From contig NC_090410.1 in the NCBI RefSeq assembly GCF_036365525.1, forward strand, positions 5,208,001 through 5,272,000: 64,000 nucleotides of DNA. The letters run 5' to 3'. Positions 60,851 through 64,000 of the stretch are shown one piece after another. Every line of letters starts with the position of its first letter. Positions within the stretch are counted from its first letter, which is position 1. The translations under genes and the position numbers were made by a program. Source of the DNA: Heterodontus francisci. Lineage: Eukaryota. The notes beneath the pieces are model-generated. The model was not told where the DNA came from and did no database searches. It saw only the letters and a program-made list of their open reading frames with translations.

Positions 60851-63800
60851 GTGAGTCAATGTGAATGGTATTCTGGGAGCTTCCTTTATTTGAATCACAC
60901 ACAAAATTGGAAACAAAGGAAAGTTTATTTTACTTTGGAAGTTTTAAAAACAAAAGACTTTAAACTTGGTGACAATAATGACGGAAATACCTTGACTTTA
61001 AAAGCCAAGATTGCTGTACGATTTCACGTGATGCGGTGATCAAAATTCTAGAATTGTTTAATTTTGATTAAACAGATTTAAAATTGATAATTTCTCAAGT
61101 AACTCACATAATTTGCTCCAGGCAGCACAATTAATTCAATTTAATTTGGGGTCAACAGTGTCATGAGTCAAATACCTCAAGCCCAGTTCTTCTGTTAAAA
61201 TTAGGGAAGACAGGTATTTTAACAATTAACACTTTCTTAATGCCTCAATATCTGGAAAAGAATAATTAAACTGCGTGATGAAGCCAGGAGCCTCCCAGTA
61301 ATCAACCTGCTCTTCACAGTGTAGGTCAAGCAGCTCCTGTTTGACCTGATGAGCACTAGGCCTTGCCTTTTTGGTGGACTGTTTCTCACACATAAATGTG
61401 CGTTGAAATGCCAACTGCTGCGTTGGTGTGAGGACGGCTGTTTCATACTGATGCTGCAGTTATCATATAAATGGACCTGCGGCCAATGATGTCCTGAAGT
61501 GAAGTGAGACTCCCCACAGGAGGTTACCTCTCCAATTTGCTTCCAATCCAACTTGAGCCTTTGCCCCTATTTACAAGTTTAGCGTTGATGAAAATGTTTA
61601 GCATTGGTGTTGACTTTGCACCAATAGTGAACTTGCTGAGGGTGGATACATTGGCCTATTTCTGTGCTGTGAATCCATTCAACCCAACTGGCCTGCATTG
61701 GTATTAATGCTTCAGATGAACCTCCACCCATGCTACTTCATCTAAACCTACAAGTAATTCGGGACATCCTGAAGCCATGCACCCCAATTTGGTTGCCTAT
61801 TAAGCCTATCATCCTGGATACAGCCCCATCTGTGGAAGCTTTGTCTTGTGAGATACAATTATTTTTCATGGTGATAATCCAGTGCTCAGCAGGGCCAAGA
61901 GGCTGATCCCCGGGGATGAGAGAACTGAGTAATTACAGGAGAAACAGCCCAGGGAAATCTATAAAATCGTATATGATCTAGAAAATTTATATGGCACAGG
62001 CACGATGGGCTGAATGGCCTCCTTTTGTGCTGTACTACCGAATGATTCTGTGTCAGGAAGTTATCTTTTGCACAGTAATTAGCTCATGAAACGGACTTCA
62101 GGGAGCAGAGAGTTACTGAAATGATTTTGGAAATCTCTGAATACTGTGTTGTGTGACAGGGAGTAGGGTTTGTATTAGCTGGATGAGCTGAAGTGGGGGG
62201 AATGGCTTTCCTCAACTGTACCTGTCTAGTGATGGTATTGGATGTGACGAAGCAATGCTAGATTGGTGTTTCAGTGACCTGGTGATGTGAGATTCTGATC
62301 TCTTGTAGTACAGACCACTGATCTGAAACCAGCACACTGTCTAGATTTATGAGACACTGCTGTCTCCGATGATGCATTACCACTTGGTTAGAGTGCTGCT
62401 ACCTGCTGCAACACGAAGACTTCAACCAGCGGGACAGATCTGAAGCAGTAATTCAAGGGCATTGAGAGAGCCACACCCCAGGTTCAGCTTTCTGTCTGAT
62501 ACTGGATAACCTATAGGTTGGATCATATTATGCAGACTGGCGTGTATTCCACGCAGGATAACATGGAGAGTGTTACTGAGCTATCCCAAGATTCATCCGC
62601 CTCTATTGACAGAAGCCTTTTTCAAAGCCTATCTTTATTACTAAGCTTTCAGTCACGACTTCTAACCCTCCCACTGTGGCCTGACATCTATTCCTATATC
62701 TACCTTATTATTTTCTCCCTGTCCAGGAAGTGCCTTGGGATGCTTTTTCCTATGTTAAAGGGGCTATATAAATGAAACTATTGTTGTTCAATGGTATGTT
62801 TGATGCTTGTACATTCCCTGATCCAACCACATTGCTGCAGTGGTACAATCTGTGGGTGCCAGAATCTGGTGATGGAGTCAGTCGTCCTCTTTGGAGACTC
62901 GCCATATGTAATGAGCAAGCCTACAGATGCTAATCTATCGCTCGATCACCCAAATGTACTGAAACATTCATCTGTAGCCCTGCAAGAGTCAGTAACTCAC
63001 CAGGCCCATGAGTGTTAGATGCAGATGCATTGAGTGAGCTTTGGATCTTAGGGAGGATAAATTAGCCTGGGAGGGAGGGCAGTACGGATTTACCAGAATG
63101 ATACATGGACCCCAAATGATAAATTACAAGGAGAGATGACACAAACTAGGGTTGTATTCCCTGGAACTTAGACGGTTAAGGGTTGATTTGCTGGAAGTTT
63201 TCAAGATATTAAGGAGAACAGATAGGGTAGATCGAGAAGAACTATTTCTGCGGTGGGGAAGTCTAGGACTAGGGAACAGTTTAAAAATTAGAGCCAGACC
63301 TATCATGAGTGAAATTAGGAACCACTTCTACACACAAAGTGTGGTAGAAGTTTGCAACTTTCTTCCACAAAGGGAATTGATGCTAGATCAATTGTTTAAA
63401 ATTGAGACTGATAGATATTTTTTAACCAAAGATATAAAGGGATATCGGGCAAAGATACATATATAGAGTTAGGTCGCAGATAACCATGTTCTTATTGAAT
63501 GACGGAACAGACTTGAGGGGCTGAAAGGCCTCCTCCTGTTCCGATGCATCTGACCTGGGATTGGGAAGTGGAGAGGGGGCTTTACTCTGTCTAATTTAGA
63601 TCAGATCTAGAACTGTTTGGTCCTGAAGTGCATTCTCAGAGTTAGTAGGCAACGCAGAGATAATACCAACATTTATAGCTAAGTGGTTGATGGGAAAAGT
63701 GATTATGGGAACAGGAACAAGCACTTGGGATTACGATACTGTTCGTGTGGAGGATAATCACTGGTATGAACTGGTTTGGCTGAGTGGCCTGTTTCTGTGC

Positions 63801-64000
63801 TGTAATTAATTACTATGTAAAATGGGAGAGAGAGGACAAACAGAGTTCACTGCCAATTTGCACTAAATTTATAATTTGCTTCAGTGAGGTTGCATGGATA
63901 GCTGAAATGGGAAGTCAGAATTGGAGCGTTGTCTTCTGAGGTCAGGAGTTAGGACAAGTTGGGGGAAGATTTCTTCTGTTATTGGTGGAAGCAGATACGA

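Noticed and set aside
61317-61381. Hairpin followed by CTGATGAG resembling a type-III hammerhead; nearby GTGATGA...CTGA resembling a C/D box
   Set aside because: No GAAA core box or valid NUH register, and no terminal stem for the C/D reading
62310-62480. Possible next CLIP3 exon after a ctcttgtag acceptor
   Set aside because: Does not encode the expected ankyrin-repeat sequence (ILRRGCHVNDRDG-like)

Overview
Eukaryotic, intron-rich, repeat-dense DNA, most likely from a cartilaginous fish (shark or ray), judged from HE1/V-SINE-like, DeuSINE-like, CR1, L2, RTE and Penelope repeats. Three spliced protein-coding genes can be assembled exon by exon. (1) A divergent classical-type calpain on the minus strand: 11 coding exons from 13753 to 432, intact Cys/His/Asn triad, continuing beyond the left edge, CAPN12-like by position. 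(2) A complete EIF3K on the minus strand: 8 exons, 33738 to 18379, 218 aa, whose third intron has U12 (minor spliceosome) signatures. (3) The first two coding exons of CLIP3 on the plus strand (59109-60850), continuing beyond the right edge. Introns and intergenic DNA hold two multi-layer retrotransposon nests, several Penelope termini with minimal hammerhead ribozyme motifs, MITEs and minisatellites. The most notable leads are: a tandem -1 slippery heptamer (G GGU UUA AAC UAG) exactly at the ORF1/ORF2 junction of a near full-length CR1 LINE; an RTE insertion with a twin-priming-type 5' inversion; hammerhead pairs in Penelope termini; a box C/D k-turn-like motif in the EIF3K promoter; a self-templated duplication in a CR1; and a possible CR1 3' transduction. 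Most other ORFs in the track are repeat-derived or spurious. All identifications come from reading the sequence and recalled family knowledge; no database search was run.
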